Source: an uncultured delta proteobacterium
Lineage (GTDB): Bacteria > Myxococcota_A > Polyangia > Fen-1088
Length of the DNA: 64,000 nucleotides
NCBI GenBank assembly: GCA_963767925.1
Contig: CAVYGB010000006.1
Location: forward strand, 64,001-128,000
Direction: 5' to 3'
A model generated the notes under the pieces. The model saw nothing but the letters and a program-made list of their open reading frames with translations, was not told the origin of the DNA and searched no databases. The position numbers and the translations under genes were made by a program. This document shows positions 1-9,722 of this stretch, piece after piece. Position 1 is the first letter of the stretch; each line of letters starts with the position of its first letter.

Positions 1-397
1 CGGCCAGCAGAAGGGCGCGGGCGTCGGGGGCGGCGGTGACCGAGCCGCCCCGCAAGAAGCCGGAAGCCGCCGACTCCTGGTCGGCGCTGAAGGTCCCGAT
101 CTTCCCCTTCGGCACGGTGGTCAGACCGAGCAGGTCACGCACCGTGTTCTCGTATTCGAGGCGGGTCAGCCGGCGCAGGGGCGCCGGGCCGGGGACCGTG
201 TCGGAGTCAGAGGGCAGCGCGCCGGGGTTGACCCCGGGGCCAGGGCCGGTTGAAGGGCCAGGGCCGCCCGGCGTTCGGGAGCCAGGCTCGGATGGGCCGG
301 CAGGGCCAAGATTGCCTGCCTCACCGATGCTGCCGGAGCAGCCAAGGCCGCCAAGGGCCACTCCGAGGAGTGCAAGGTTGGTCAGCGGTCGCAACAT
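1..397 (-). CDS. DUF1592/DUF1587-family lipoprotein, N-terminal part (runs off window start)
   Basis: Manual translation from ATG 397: MLRPLTNLALLGVALGGLGC (lipobox)...PLRRLTRLEYENTVRDLLG...SADQESAASGFLRG; closely resembles the N-terminus of the 60187-61935 protein; GAGG RBS upstream. Confidence 0.85.
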   Translation of the reverse strand, partial: MLRPLTNLALLGVALGGLGCSGSIGEAGNLGPAGPSEPGSRTPGGPGPSTGPGPGVNPGALPSDSDTVPGPAPLRRLTRLEYENTVRDLLGLTTVPKGKIGTFSADQESAASGFLRGGSVTAAPDARALLLA

Positions 398-582
398 GTG
401 GGGAATCCTCTCCCGCGTCCCTCGGTTACCCGAGCGACACAGCGTCGTTTCTAAATAGTGAAGAGACAGGACCAACGTCACCTGGAGGCACCATAACCTC
501 ACGTTATTGCACGACTATTTATTCCGGTCGCGAAGGACCCCTGTGACGCCGTGGCAGGTGGAGTCACTGGATTGGGAAGAGC

Positions 583-1200
583 ATGCTTGCACGGGCGACG
601 CTGGCCGAGACCCGTCGGGCCAAGGACGCCGAGCTCGCCGCCCGCGTCATCGCCCAGCCCGACGAGGCGGACGCCCTCATGGCCGCCTGGCGGCGTTTCC
701 GCCCCATGGTGCGCTGGGTCCTGGTCAAGATGCTCGGCGCCGACGACGAGGACATCCGGGACCTCAGCCAGGAGGCCTTCCTGCAGCTCTACCGGAGCGT
801 GCGCGCCCTGCGCAGCCCCGACGCCATCCGCCCCTTCGTGACCGGCATCGCCATCCGGGTCGCCCTGCGGGAGATGCGCCGCCGCCGGGTGCGCGGCGGG
901 CAGGTGCTGGTCCCGGGCCAGGGGCTGCTGCCGCTCGCGAGCACCGAGGCCGATCCCGAAGCGCGTCAGGCGATGGCCCGGCTGCTCCTGATGATGGGCC
1001 GCCTGCGCGACGCCGACCGGGACATGTTCCTCTTCCGCCAGGTGCTGGGGCTCGAGCAGTCGGAGATCTGCACCGCCACCAACCTCTCGATCAGCACCGT
1101 GCGCCGCCGGCTGCGCCGCCTGCAGCGCCGGGTGGAGATCCTCAGCACCGCCGATCCCGCCCTCGCGGGCTACGCCGAGCGGGCCGCCCGCCGCCTCTGA
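583..1200 (+). CDS. ECF-type RNA polymerase sigma-70 factor
   Basis: Region 2 motif DIRDLSQEAFLQLY and region 4 HTH EICTATNLSISTVRRRLRR; 205 aa. Confidence 0.85.
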   Translation: MLARATLAETRRAKDAELAARVIAQPDEADALMAAWRRFRPMVRWVLVKMLGADDEDIRDLSQEAFLQLYRSVRALRSPDAIRPFVTGIAIRVALREMRRRRVRGGQVLVPGQGLLPLASTEADPEARQAMARLLLMMGRLRDADRDMFLFRQVLGLEQSEICTATNLSISTVRRRLRRLQRRVEILSTADPALAGYAERAARRL

Positions 1201-1219
1201 GCATCGTCTCCTGCCGGCA

Positions 1220-1798
1220 TCAGGGCGCGGGCGGGCCGAGCTCGGCGACGCAGGCGGCGCCGCCCCTGGCGGTCCCCTCCCCCACCGGAGAGAGCGCCAG
1301 CGTGGCCTGCACCATCGAAGCGGCAAACTGGGCGTCGGGGGCGAGGGGGGCGCCGGAACGGATCCCCCACTCGCTGCGGCTGTAGTAGCGGTAGCGCTTG
1401 CCCTCGCCCTGCAGCTCGAGGCACAGGTCGAAGGGCTGGGGCGCTTCGCCGGCGCACTTCCAGCTCCGGGCCGAGACGGTCGAGCGGCAGCCGTTCTGGG
1501 GGGTGACGATGTTGAAACGGTCCCCCTCGCGGGTCCAGACGAAGCCATCGCTGACCGCGTGCCAGCGCGAGGCGTGCCAGAGCGCCCCCACCCGCCGGCC
1601 CTCGCGCTCGAGCGCCACCAGGTGCCAGACCAGGTCGCGCGGTCCGCTCGGCATGCGCTCGACCCAGAGCTGGTTGACCAGCTTCTCCGGCCCGTTCCGC
1701 TGGCCGAGCAAGTAGGCGCCCCCTTGCCAGGCGAGGAGCGCGACGAGGAGGAGGATGAGCCAGGTCCGCATGCTCCAGGATCCCTTGCCCTTGGCCAT
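1220..1798 (-). CDS. hypothetical secreted/membrane-anchored protein
   Basis: 192-aa ORF with an N-terminal hydrophobic segment and several Cys; fills the gap between neighbours. Confidence 0.7.
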   Translation of the reverse strand: MAKGKGSWSMRTWLILLLVALLAWQGGAYLLGQRNGPEKLVNQLWVERMPSGPRDLVWHLVALEREGRRVGALWHASRWHAVSDGFVWTREGDRFNIVTPQNGCRSTVSARSWKCAGEAPQPFDLCLELQGEGKRYRYYSRSEWGIRSGAPLAPDAQFAASMVQATLALSPVGEGTARGGAACVAELGPPAP

Positions 1799-1896
1799 GG
1801 CGGCATTATGGACGAGAACCCGCCCGCCTTCACGGGTCCTGCGCCCGCCAGGGTCGTTGACAGTGCGCCGTCGGGTACGGCAGGGTCGTCCCTTAC

Positions 1897-2808
1897 ATGG
1901 CTGCGCAGCGGGATGAGCGCACGGACCCGACGCGGCGTCGCCCGATCCGCTGGGGGGCCGTCGGCCTCTCCCTGTTGCTCACGCCGGTGGCCGGGTACGT
2001 CGCCATCGGGAGGGAACGACGCGGCTTGACCCTGCTGGGGGCCGAGCTCCTCTACTTCGCGGTCGCCGTCGTGGGCGCCCTGCTGGTGGTGCCAGTCCTG
2101 ATGTACGCCGCCCTGGCCGCCGCGCTGTTACACGGGCTGGGGGCCCTCTTCGACGTCGCCCGCCTGTCGCGCACCGGCCGGGCCGACCCGACCTGGGGGC
2201 GGGGGGTGGCCGCCGGGCTGGGGGCCCTGGCGGTCACCAGCGGGGTCGGGCTGCTCGTGCGCACCTACGTTTTGGAGGCGCTGGACAACTCGGCCAACGC
2301 CATGGTGCCGACCCTCGAGGCGGGCGATCGTTTTTTCGTCAACAAGCTCGATCGCAAGGTCGGGCGCGGCGACGTCATCGTGTTCCGCTATCCCCCCGAT
2401 CCCAGCGTGCGCTACGTGCAGCGGGTGGTGGCGGTGGCCGGTGACACCGTCGCCGTCGAGGAGGGGGAGTTCCTCATCAACGGGCAGGCCCCCCACAGCC
2501 AGCGGCTGGGGGTCGATCAGCGGATGGATCCGGTGATGGGCCAGCACATCGTCGAGCGCTGGAAGGAGACCCTCGACGGCAAGTCCTACACCATCTACCG
2601 TCGGGCGGGGCCGATGGCGATCTGGGTCGGCCAGGAGGTCCCCGAGGGCCACGTCTTCGTGCTGGGGGACAACCGCGACAACAGCAACGACTCGCGCACC
2701 TGGGGCACCGTCCCGCTCGAGCTGGTGCAGGGGCGGGCCCTCTTCACCTGGTGGTCGAGCGACGCCCGCGGCATCCGCTGGCCTCGCTTCAACCAGCGGA
2801 TCGAGTAG
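1897..2808 (+). CDS. signal peptidase I (S26) homologue with N-terminal multi-TM region; catalytic Ser and Lys substituted
   Basis: S26 boxes [16 protein letters not shown] and [11 protein letters not shown] present, but SANAM replaces PSGSM and YVQRVV replaces YIKRVV. Confidence 0.85.
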   Translation: MAAQRDERTDPTRRRPIRWGAVGLSLLLTPVAGYVAIGRERRGLTLLGAELLYFAVAVVGALLVVPVLMYAALAAALLHGLGALFDVARLSRTGRADPTWGRGVAAGLGALAVTSGVGLLVRTYVLEALDNSANAMVPTLEAGDRFFVNKLDRKVGRGDVIVFRYPPDPSVRYVQRVVAVAGDTVAVEEGEFLINGQAPHSQRLGVDQRMDPVMGQHIVERWKETLDGKSYTIYRRAGPMAIWVGQEVPEGHVFVLGDNRDNSNDSRTWGTVPLELVQGRALFTWWSSDARGIRWPRFNQRIE

Positions 2809-4532
2809 CCCAGGCCCGCAGGCGGTCGGGTGACCAGGTGTTGGCCACCCGCTCGGGGTCGACCCAGGCCCGTTCGGCCTGCTGGCGGGCGAACCCCACC
2901 CGGCCGAGCTCGCTGGCGTGGTGAGCGTCGCTGGTGAGCACGAAGGTGAGGTTGCGGGTGCGCGCACGGACGCAGGCCCTCGGCCGAGATGTCGAGGCGG
3001 GGCAACGCGCCGTTGATCTCGAGGGCGGTGTCGGTCTGCTCGGCGGCCGCGAAGACGGCGTCGAGGTCGAGGTCGATGGGGGGCCGGCCGCCGATCATGC
3101 GCGCCGAGAGGTGGCCGATCATGCGCACGGTCGGGTCCTGCATGGCGGTGACGATGCGCCGGGTCTGGGCGGCCCGGTCGAGCTGGAAGTTGTCGTGCAC
3201 CGAGGCCAGGCACCAGTCGAAGCCGCGCCGGAACTCGAGGTCGTAGTCCAGCTCCCCGGTCGGGCCGATGTTCAGCTCGACCCCGTGCAAGAGGCGTGAG
3301 CGAATCGCCCAGCTCGCGGGCCAGGGCCCGGATGCGGGCGCGCTGGTCGAGCATCACCTCGCGGCTCACGCCCGACAGGGTGCCCTCGGCGTGGTCGGTG
3401 ACGGCGAGGACCCGATAGCCGCGGGTCCGGGCGGCGGCCACCACCTCCTCCAGCGAGGAGCGGCCGTCGCCCGAGACGGTCGTGTGCAGGTGAAAGTCGC
3501 CGATCACGTCGGGCAGGGAGCGGGGCAAGCGGCCGGCCTCGGCGGCCTCGATCTCGCCGGCGTCCTCGCGCAGCACCGGCGGGATGAAGGGCAGCCCCAG
3601 GGCGGCGTAGATCTCCTCCTCGGTCTCGCTGGCCACCACCGCCGCCGCCCTCGATCTGGCGCTGAGGGCGTATTCGTTGAGGGTCAGGTCGCGGGCCAGG
3701 GCCCGCTGCCGCAGCTTGATGTTGTGCCCCTTGGACCCCGTGAAGTAGAGGCGGGCGGCGCCGAGCTGGTGGGCGGCCACGATGCGCACGTCGACCTGGG
3801 TGCCCCGGCGGGTCACCACGCTGGTCTTGGCCGGACCGCGCACCAGCACCCGGTCGACGAAGCTCATGCGCGACCAGCGCGTCCATCACCGGCTCGGGCG
3901 CCGCCGCCGCCACCACGATGTCGACGTCGCCCGATCGTCTCGGAGAAGCGGCGCAGCGAGCCGCAATACGAGGCGTGGCTGACCCCGGGCAGGGCCGCGA
4001 GCTGATCCACGACCTGCGTTCGCCAGCGGCAGGGCCACCGAGATCGGCGTGCGGTCCATGGCCCCGTGCTCCTCGCATGCGGGCCAGGGCCCGGCTCAGC
4101 TTCTCCTCCGACTTCTCGCCGAAGCCCTTGAGGTCGCGCAGCTTGTGGGCGGCCAGGGCGGCGCGCAGGTCGTCGAGCGACTGCACCCCCAGATCGGCCC
4201 GCAGGCGGTTGAGCGTCTTGGGCCCCAGCCCGTGGATGCGCAGCAGGGCCACCACCGCGGGCGGGTGGCGCTGCCGCAGGCCCTCCAGCTTGGCCACCTT
4301 GCCGGTCTCGAGCAGCTCGCGGATCTTGTCGGCGGTGCTCTTGCCGATGCCCTCGATCTTCTGCAGCTCCTTGACCGTCAGCTTGCCGAGGTCGGTGGCC
4401 TGGGCGGCGACGGCGTGGCGCGGCGCTCTCGTAGGCCCGCACCCGGAACGACTGCGGATCGCCCTCCTCGAGCATGGTCAGCTCGCCGAGCTCGGTGAGC
4501 ATGTCGAGGACGTCCTGCTTGGAGTCGGCCAT
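2789..4532 (-). pseudogene. polX: DNA polymerase X / PHP-domain protein with about 7-8 frameshifts (probably sequencing errors)
   Basis: Consecutive pieces in alternating frames: FRVRAYE, IEGIGKSTADKI, GLGPKT, GSLRRFSETIGDVDI, YFTGSKGHNIKLR, DFHLHT, TDHAE, GVELNI, LEING, SDAH; ATG 4532, stop TGA 2789. Confidence 0.85.
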
Positions 4533-4651
4533 GGCCCGCCGAGGGCTACCTACCCCAGGCCCCCCCTCGGCGCAAGCCAGCCGGCACGGTCCCCGAGGGC
4601 CGCCCATGGGGGGCGGGCTTTCTCGTGCCGGAGAGGGAGAAGCTTGCCACA

Positions 4652-5641
4652 ATGGCGCGCATGCGTTTTCGCGTGCTGGGCCCCACCGGGGTGAAGGTCT
4701 CCTGCCTCTCGTTCGGCACCATGTCCTTCGGCGGCGACGCCGACGAGGTCACCGCCGGGCGGATCTTCGGCCGCGCGCGCGAGGCGGGCATCAACTTCTT
4801 CGACACCGCCGACGTGTACAACGGGGGACGCTCCGAGGAGATCCTCGGGCGGCTGGTGCGCGGCGCCCGGGACGAGGTGGTGATCGCCAGCAAGGCGTAT
4901 TTTCCCACCGGCAAGGGGCCCAACGATCGGGGCAGCTCCCGCTTCCACCTGGTGCGCGCGGTGGAGGCGAGCCTGCGGCGGCTGGCGACCGATCGCCTCG
5001 ACGTCTATTACCTGCACCGGTTCGACGACGAGACCACCTTGCCCGAGAGCCTGCGCGCGCTCGACGACCTGGTCCGGCAGGGCAAGATCCTCTACCCGGC
5101 CTGCTCGAACTTCGCCGCCTGGCAGGTCGCCCACGCCCTGGGGCTGGCCGCCCAGCGGCAGCTCGCGCCGCTGGTGGCGCTGCAGCCGATGTATAACCTG
5201 CTCAAGCGCCAGGCCGAGGTGGAGATCTTGCCGATGGCCAGGGCCCTGGGGGTGGCGATCGTGCCCTACAGCCCGACCGCGGGGGGCCTCCTGACCGGCA
5301 AATACCGGGGCGGGGTGCGGCCGGACGGGACGCGGCTGGCGACCAACCAGATGTACCAGGCCCGCTACGGCGACGCCGGCTACTGGGACGCGGCCGACCG
5401 CTTCGCCGCGCTGGCGGCCGAGCTGGGCCACAGCCCGGCGGCGCTGGCGGTGGCCTGGGTGGCGGGACATCCCGACGTGACCTCGGTGCTGCTCGGCGCC
5501 CGCTCGGTCGAGCAGCTCGACGGCACCCTGGCCGCCGCCGATCTCCAGCTCACGCCCGAGGTGCGCGCGCGCATCGCCGCCATCACGCCCGAGCCACCAC
5601 CCGCCACCGACCGCAGCGACGAGAAGACAATCACGCGCTGA
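4652..5641 (+). CDS. aldo/keto reductase
   Basis: LSFGTMSFG, FFDTADVY, SK, YYLHRFD, SN, QPMYNL, YSPTAGGLLTGKY motifs. Confidence 0.93.
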   Translation: MARMRFRVLGPTGVKVSCLSFGTMSFGGDADEVTAGRIFGRAREAGINFFDTADVYNGGRSEEILGRLVRGARDEVVIASKAYFPTGKGPNDRGSSRFHLVRAVEASLRRLATDRLDVYYLHRFDDETTLPESLRALDDLVRQGKILYPACSNFAAWQVAHALGLAAQRQLAPLVALQPMYNLLKRQAEVEILPMARALGVAIVPYSPTAGGLLTGKYRGGVRPDGTRLATNQMYQARYGDAGYWDAADRFAALAAELGHSPAALAVAWVAGHPDVTSVLLGARSVEQLDGTLAAADLQLTPEVRARIAAITPEPPPATDRSDEKTITR

Positions 5642-5654
5642 GCGGGGGGGAGAG

Positions 5655-5748
5655 CAGGAGCAGCCGACCAGCCGGGACCGGATCGGGAAGGGGTGGATCG
5701 GGGGAACGATCCTGAAACCTTCCGGTCCCCGCTGCTCGGCTGCTCCTG
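5655..5748. repeat. 28-bp imperfect inverted repeat with inner hairpin (terminator-, REP- or structured-RNA-like)
   Basis: caggagcagccgaccagccgggaccgga (5655-5682) pairs with tccggtccccgctgctcggctgctcctg (5721-5748), 2 mismatches; inner ggatcg-ggggaa-cgatcc. Confidence 0.7.
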
Positions 5749-5896
5749 TTGATTCGGCTAAAGGGATAGTGCTGCTGGCCCGTGTCGACCCGGGCCATAA
5801 GTAATATCTTATGTATTACCTTAGTCTACGTTATCTGACTTGAAGCTCAATGTAGTTTTAGCAGCACATGTACGATTAATATGTACCCTATGATAC

Positions 5897-6886
5897 GTGT
5901 CAGTACAAGGAAACGTCCCCTGCCTCACCCCCTACAACAAACTCAAGTCCCTGTCCCTGCTAGCCATTTTCACCATCTCCGGCGGCCTGGCCTGCCAGGC
6001 GCCCCAGCGGGTCTGGCGACCTGCACAGAGACTTCCGTCACCCACGGCCGACCTGGACGAGTGGCTGAACAACGAGCTCCCGGTTGACCAACCGGTCTGT
6101 CCCCGCGCGGCCGCGAACGACCCCGAGGCCGAGGAGGCCTACGACCGGGTCAACACCTACCGGCGCCAGATGCGCCTGCCCTGCGTGACCTTCGTCCCCG
6201 AGATCGCCGCCGCCGCCGCCGCCCACTGCGGCTACTTCACGGCCAACAGCGGCGACTGCACCGCCGACCCGCACAGCGAGGTGGAACAATGCAGCGGCTT
6301 CCGGGCCGAGCGCTTCGGCGAGCGCATGTTCAACACCGGCTACCACGGCAAGCCGGCCTACGAGACCATGGCCTACGCGGGCGACGGCTCGCGCGCGGTC
6401 GACCTGTGGGTCGATTCGGTCTGGCACCGCATCCCGATCCTGAGCCCCTGGGTCAAGGACCTGGGCTACGGCACCACGGCCGGTTGCGACACCATGAACT
6501 TCGGCTGGGCCGACGGGCAGGCCACCCAGGGGCCCGCGACCTACCCGTACAACGGCCAGACCGACGTCCCGCTGAAGTTCGACGGCAGCCTCGAGTCGCC
6601 GGCGCTGCCCCCGCCCCCGCAGGGCTGGCCCAGCGGGTACCCGATCATCGTCTACGCGGCCAACCTGGATGTGGAGCGGCACGTCCTGCTCGATGACCGG
6701 CGGGCGGTGGTGCCCCACACCTGGATCGCGCCCGACTCGCCCGCGGGCAAGGGCATCTTGCACAAGGAGATGATCCTGTACGCGGACGCGCCCCTCAAAC
6801 CCTCGACCGCCTACGTCGTGCGGATCGAGGGGCGGCGGGGCATCTGGCCGGTGCGCCTCGAGTGGACGTTCGCCACCGGACCGTGA
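5897..6886 (+). CDS. CAP (SCP-like) domain protein, probable lipoprotein; start uncertain
   Basis: VNTYRRQMRL, AAAAHCGY, PHSE, WVDSVWHRIPILSP, LGYG motifs; GGLAC lipobox-like. Confidence 0.8.
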   Translation: MSVQGNVPCLTPYNKLKSLSLLAIFTISGGLACQAPQRVWRPAQRLPSPTADLDEWLNNELPVDQPVCPRAAANDPEAEEAYDRVNTYRRQMRLPCVTFVPEIAAAAAAHCGYFTANSGDCTADPHSEVEQCSGFRAERFGERMFNTGYHGKPAYETMAYAGDGSRAVDLWVDSVWHRIPILSPWVKDLGYGTTAGCDTMNFGWADGQATQGPATYPYNGQTDVPLKFDGSLESPALPPPPQGWPSGYPIIVYAANLDVERHVLLDDRRAVVPHTWIAPDSPAGKGILHKEMILYADAPLKPSTAYVVRIEGRRGIWPVRLEWTFATGP

Positions 6887-7000
6887 CCTTTCCGTGATGC
6901 CACCGTCATGATCGGTGGGCGCACGGCGAACCTTCGGCGGCGAGCCTGACAGGGCGGCTTGCCTCGCCTAGGCTTGCTTTCGACCCGACCGCCGAAGACC

Positions 7001-7730
7001 GTGCGCTTCTTTCGCCTCCTCACCGCCCGCCCGCTCACCGCCGTCCTGCTGACGGCCGCCCTCGGTGTGGCGGGCGCTCTTCTCGCCTCGCGCCTTGCCC
7101 TGCGCACGTCTTTCGCGCAGCTCTTGCCGGAGGACGATCCGGGGGTGATCGCGCTGCAGCGGACGCAGGCCCGCATGGGAGACATGACCCTCCTGCTCGT
7201 CGGCGTCCGCTCGCCCGACCTGGCGGCCAGCGAGCGCTACGCCGGCGCCCTCACCGACCGTCTGCAGTCGCTGCCCCGCTCGGTTGTCGAGATCGCGACC
7301 TACAACGTGCGCGACGTGTTCGACTTCGTGTCGGACAACCGCTGGCTGTACGCGCCGCTGGCCGACCTGCGCGACGCCCGCGATCGGGTGCGGCGGGAGG
7401 TCCTGCGCCGCAAGAACCCGCTGCTGATCGACCTGTCGGACGGCGAGGAGGACCGGGCCCTCGAGCAGCGGCTGGCCCGCTCGGCGCCGCTGGCCGGGCG
7501 CTTCCGGGGGGGCTGTTTCGCAACCCGGGCAGCGAGACGGTCTGGGTGGTGGCGCTGCCGCCCGGTGGGCTGCTGGTGGAGAACGCCGGCAAGACGCTGC
7601 AGGCCATCCAGCGCTTCGTCGTCGAGCGCGACCCGCGCACCTTCCACCCCGCCCTGGAGGTCGAGATCGCGGGGCCGCTCGTCACGTCCATCCGCACCCA
7701 GGAGGTGCTGCAGCGGGACCTGACCCTGCT
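7001..7730 (+). pseudogene. 5' fragment of MMPL/RND-family transporter (truncated, one frameshift in a G-run near 7505-7512)
   Basis: TM helix then LRTSFAQLLPEDDP, DNRWLYAPLADL, VEIAGPLVTSIRTQEVLQRDL; homology ends just before the expected TM block. Confidence 0.65.
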
Positions 7731-8037
7731 GGCCAGCTCGATCAAGTCGGGGGCCAGCCGCTGCAGCAGCGCCGCCAGCGCCCGCCGATCCCCGAAGCGG
7801 CGATAGTCCGCGTTGCCCGGCAGCAGGGGCCCGGCCACCCGGTGCAGGGTCGCCGAGGTGCGCTCGAACGGCTCGCTGCCGCTGTCCGCCCCGGGCACGA
7901 CGAAGTGGCACTCGACCCCCAGCCGGGGCAGGTGGGTGGCCTTGGCCCGGTAGTAACGCTTGATGCCCCCCGCGGTGGCGGAGAAGAAGCTGGTGATGTC
8001 GACGACCTTCAGGACGTCACGCTCGGGGCCGGGCCAT
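7728..8037 (-). pseudogene. 5' fragment of GT4-family glycosyltransferase
   Basis: LKVVDITSFFSATAGGIKRY...HFVVPG...APDLIELAS is a typical GT4 N-terminus; ATG 8037 is out of frame by one extra C; truncated at about 7728. Confidence 0.7.
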
Positions 8038-8148
8038 GGGCCGCTGATGATGATAGGGAGGCCCGGCGCCCGGGGCCACCCCGGCCAGGGCGCCGGGGTC
8101 TTCCTCGGCAGGCGCCCCCGCGCCCGGCCCTGCGGTAAAGTGCCGGCC

Positions 8149-9660
8149 ATGGCGACCTACTCGCGACGTTCGGTCCTGAAGGCGACGGCGGCTTCGACGG
8201 CGGCGGTGGCGATGCCGCGGCTGGCCCGGGCGGACGATCCGCTGGCCGCCCTCGAGCCAATCATCAAGAAGCAGCACGACGAGGGGGTGCAGCGGCTGCA
8301 GGGCTGGGTCAAGCAGCCCTCCATAGCCGCGGAGAACAAGGGGATGGCCGAGGGGTGCGAGCTGATGATGCGGCTGGCGCGCGAGGCCGGCTTCGGCACC
8401 GTCACCCGGGTGCCGACCGACGGGCAGCCCTCGGTGTTCGCGACCCTCGACGCGGGGGCGCCGCGCACGGTGGGCGTGTATTTCATGTACGACGTGAAGC
8501 AGGTCGACCCGGCGGAGTGGTCCTCGCCCCCCTGGGCAGCGGCGCTCCTCGACAAGCCGGGGTTCGGCAAGGTTCTCATGGGCCGCGGCGCGGTCAACCA
8601 GAAGGGGCCCCAGGCGGCCCTGCTGTCCGCCCTGCACGCCATCCGGGCGGCGGGGCGGAAGCCGCCGGTCAACCTGGTGCTGGTGGCGGAGGGGGAGGAG
8701 GAGATCGGCTCGCCCCACTTCGCGCAGGTGGTGCGACGGCCCGAGGTGCGCGCCGCCCTGAAGACGTGCAACGGCGTCTTCATGCCCACCGCCGCCCAGG
8801 ACCCCGACGGGTCGGTGACCGTCTCGCTCGGCGCCAAGGGGATCGTCGAGCTCGAGCTGGTGGCCAGCGGGCAGCGCTGGGGCCGAGGGCCGAAGAAGGA
8901 CGTCCACTCGAGCAACCGGGCCCGCCTCGACAGCCCCGCCTTCCACCTGGTGCAGGCGCTGGCTACCCTTGTCGACGCCAAGGGCGACCCCGCCATCGAC
9001 GGCTTCGCCACCGCCGCCCGCCCCGCCTCCGTCGCCCAGAAGGCCATGCTCGACGCGGCCGCCGCGCGCATGAAGGAGGCAACCGCCAAGCAGCTCCTCT
9101 CGGCCGATCGCTGGGCCCACGATCTGCCCTGGCGGGCCTCGCTCGAGCGCCTCCTGTTCGCGCCCACCGTGAACATCGAGGGGCTGGTGGCCGGCTACAC
9201 CGGCCCGGGCGGCAAGACCGTGTTGCCCCACCGGGCGGTGGCCAAGCTGGACCTGCGGCTGGTGCCCGACATGACCTTCGACAAGGCGGTGACCGCCCTG
9301 AAGGCCCACCTGGCCAAGCGGGGCTTCGGCGACATCGAGGTCAAGCCCAGCGGCGGCTACAACCCGACCGGCTCCTCGGCCGACTCGCCCCTCATCCGGG
9401 CCCAGGTCGCCCTCTACCGGCGCGCGGGGCTCGACCCGATCCTGTGGCCCCGCAACGCCGGCTCTTACCCCGGCTTCGTCTTCACCGAGCCGCCCCTCTC
9501 CCTGCCCGCCGGACACTTCGGCCTGGGCCACGGCAGCGGCGCCCACGCCCCCGACGAATATTACGTCATCGACTCCAGCAACCCGAAGGTGAGCGGCTGG
9601 GACGGCGCCGTCCGCTCCTTCGCCGCCTACCTCTACGAGCTAGCCACCGTCACCACCTGA
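8149..9660 (+). CDS. M20/M25/M40-family metallo-hydrolase with Tat signal peptide
   Basis: SRRSVLK twin-arginine leader; MYDVK, GRGAVNQKG, EGEEEIGS, DVHS, AHAPDEY motifs. Confidence 0.9.
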   Translation: MATYSRRSVLKATAASTAAVAMPRLARADDPLAALEPIIKKQHDEGVQRLQGWVKQPSIAAENKGMAEGCELMMRLAREAGFGTVTRVPTDGQPSVFATLDAGAPRTVGVYFMYDVKQVDPAEWSSPPWAAALLDKPGFGKVLMGRGAVNQKGPQAALLSALHAIRAAGRKPPVNLVLVAEGEEEIGSPHFAQVVRRPEVRAALKTCNGVFMPTAAQDPDGSVTVSLGAKGIVELELVASGQRWGRGPKKDVHSSNRARLDSPAFHLVQALATLVDAKGDPAIDGFATAARPASVAQKAMLDAAAARMKEATAKQLLSADRWAHDLPWRASLERLLFAPTVNIEGLVAGYTGPGGKTVLPHRAVAKLDLRLVPDMTFDKAVTALKAHLAKRGFGDIEVKPSGGYNPTGSSADSPLIRAQVALYRRAGLDPILWPRNAGSYPGFVFTEPPLSLPAGHFGLGHGSGAHAPDEYYVIDSSNPKVSGWDGAVRSFAAYLYELATVTT

Positions 9661-9722
9661 TCGCGCGCCCGTCCATCTCGCTCCCTCCCGGCGGCGGGGG
9701 GGCTGGCTCGATGGGTTGGGCG

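Noticed and set aside
2789..4532. Programmed frameshifting or phase variation in polX
   Set aside because: Too many scattered single-base insertions and no slippery sites or long homopolymers; error or decay is simpler.
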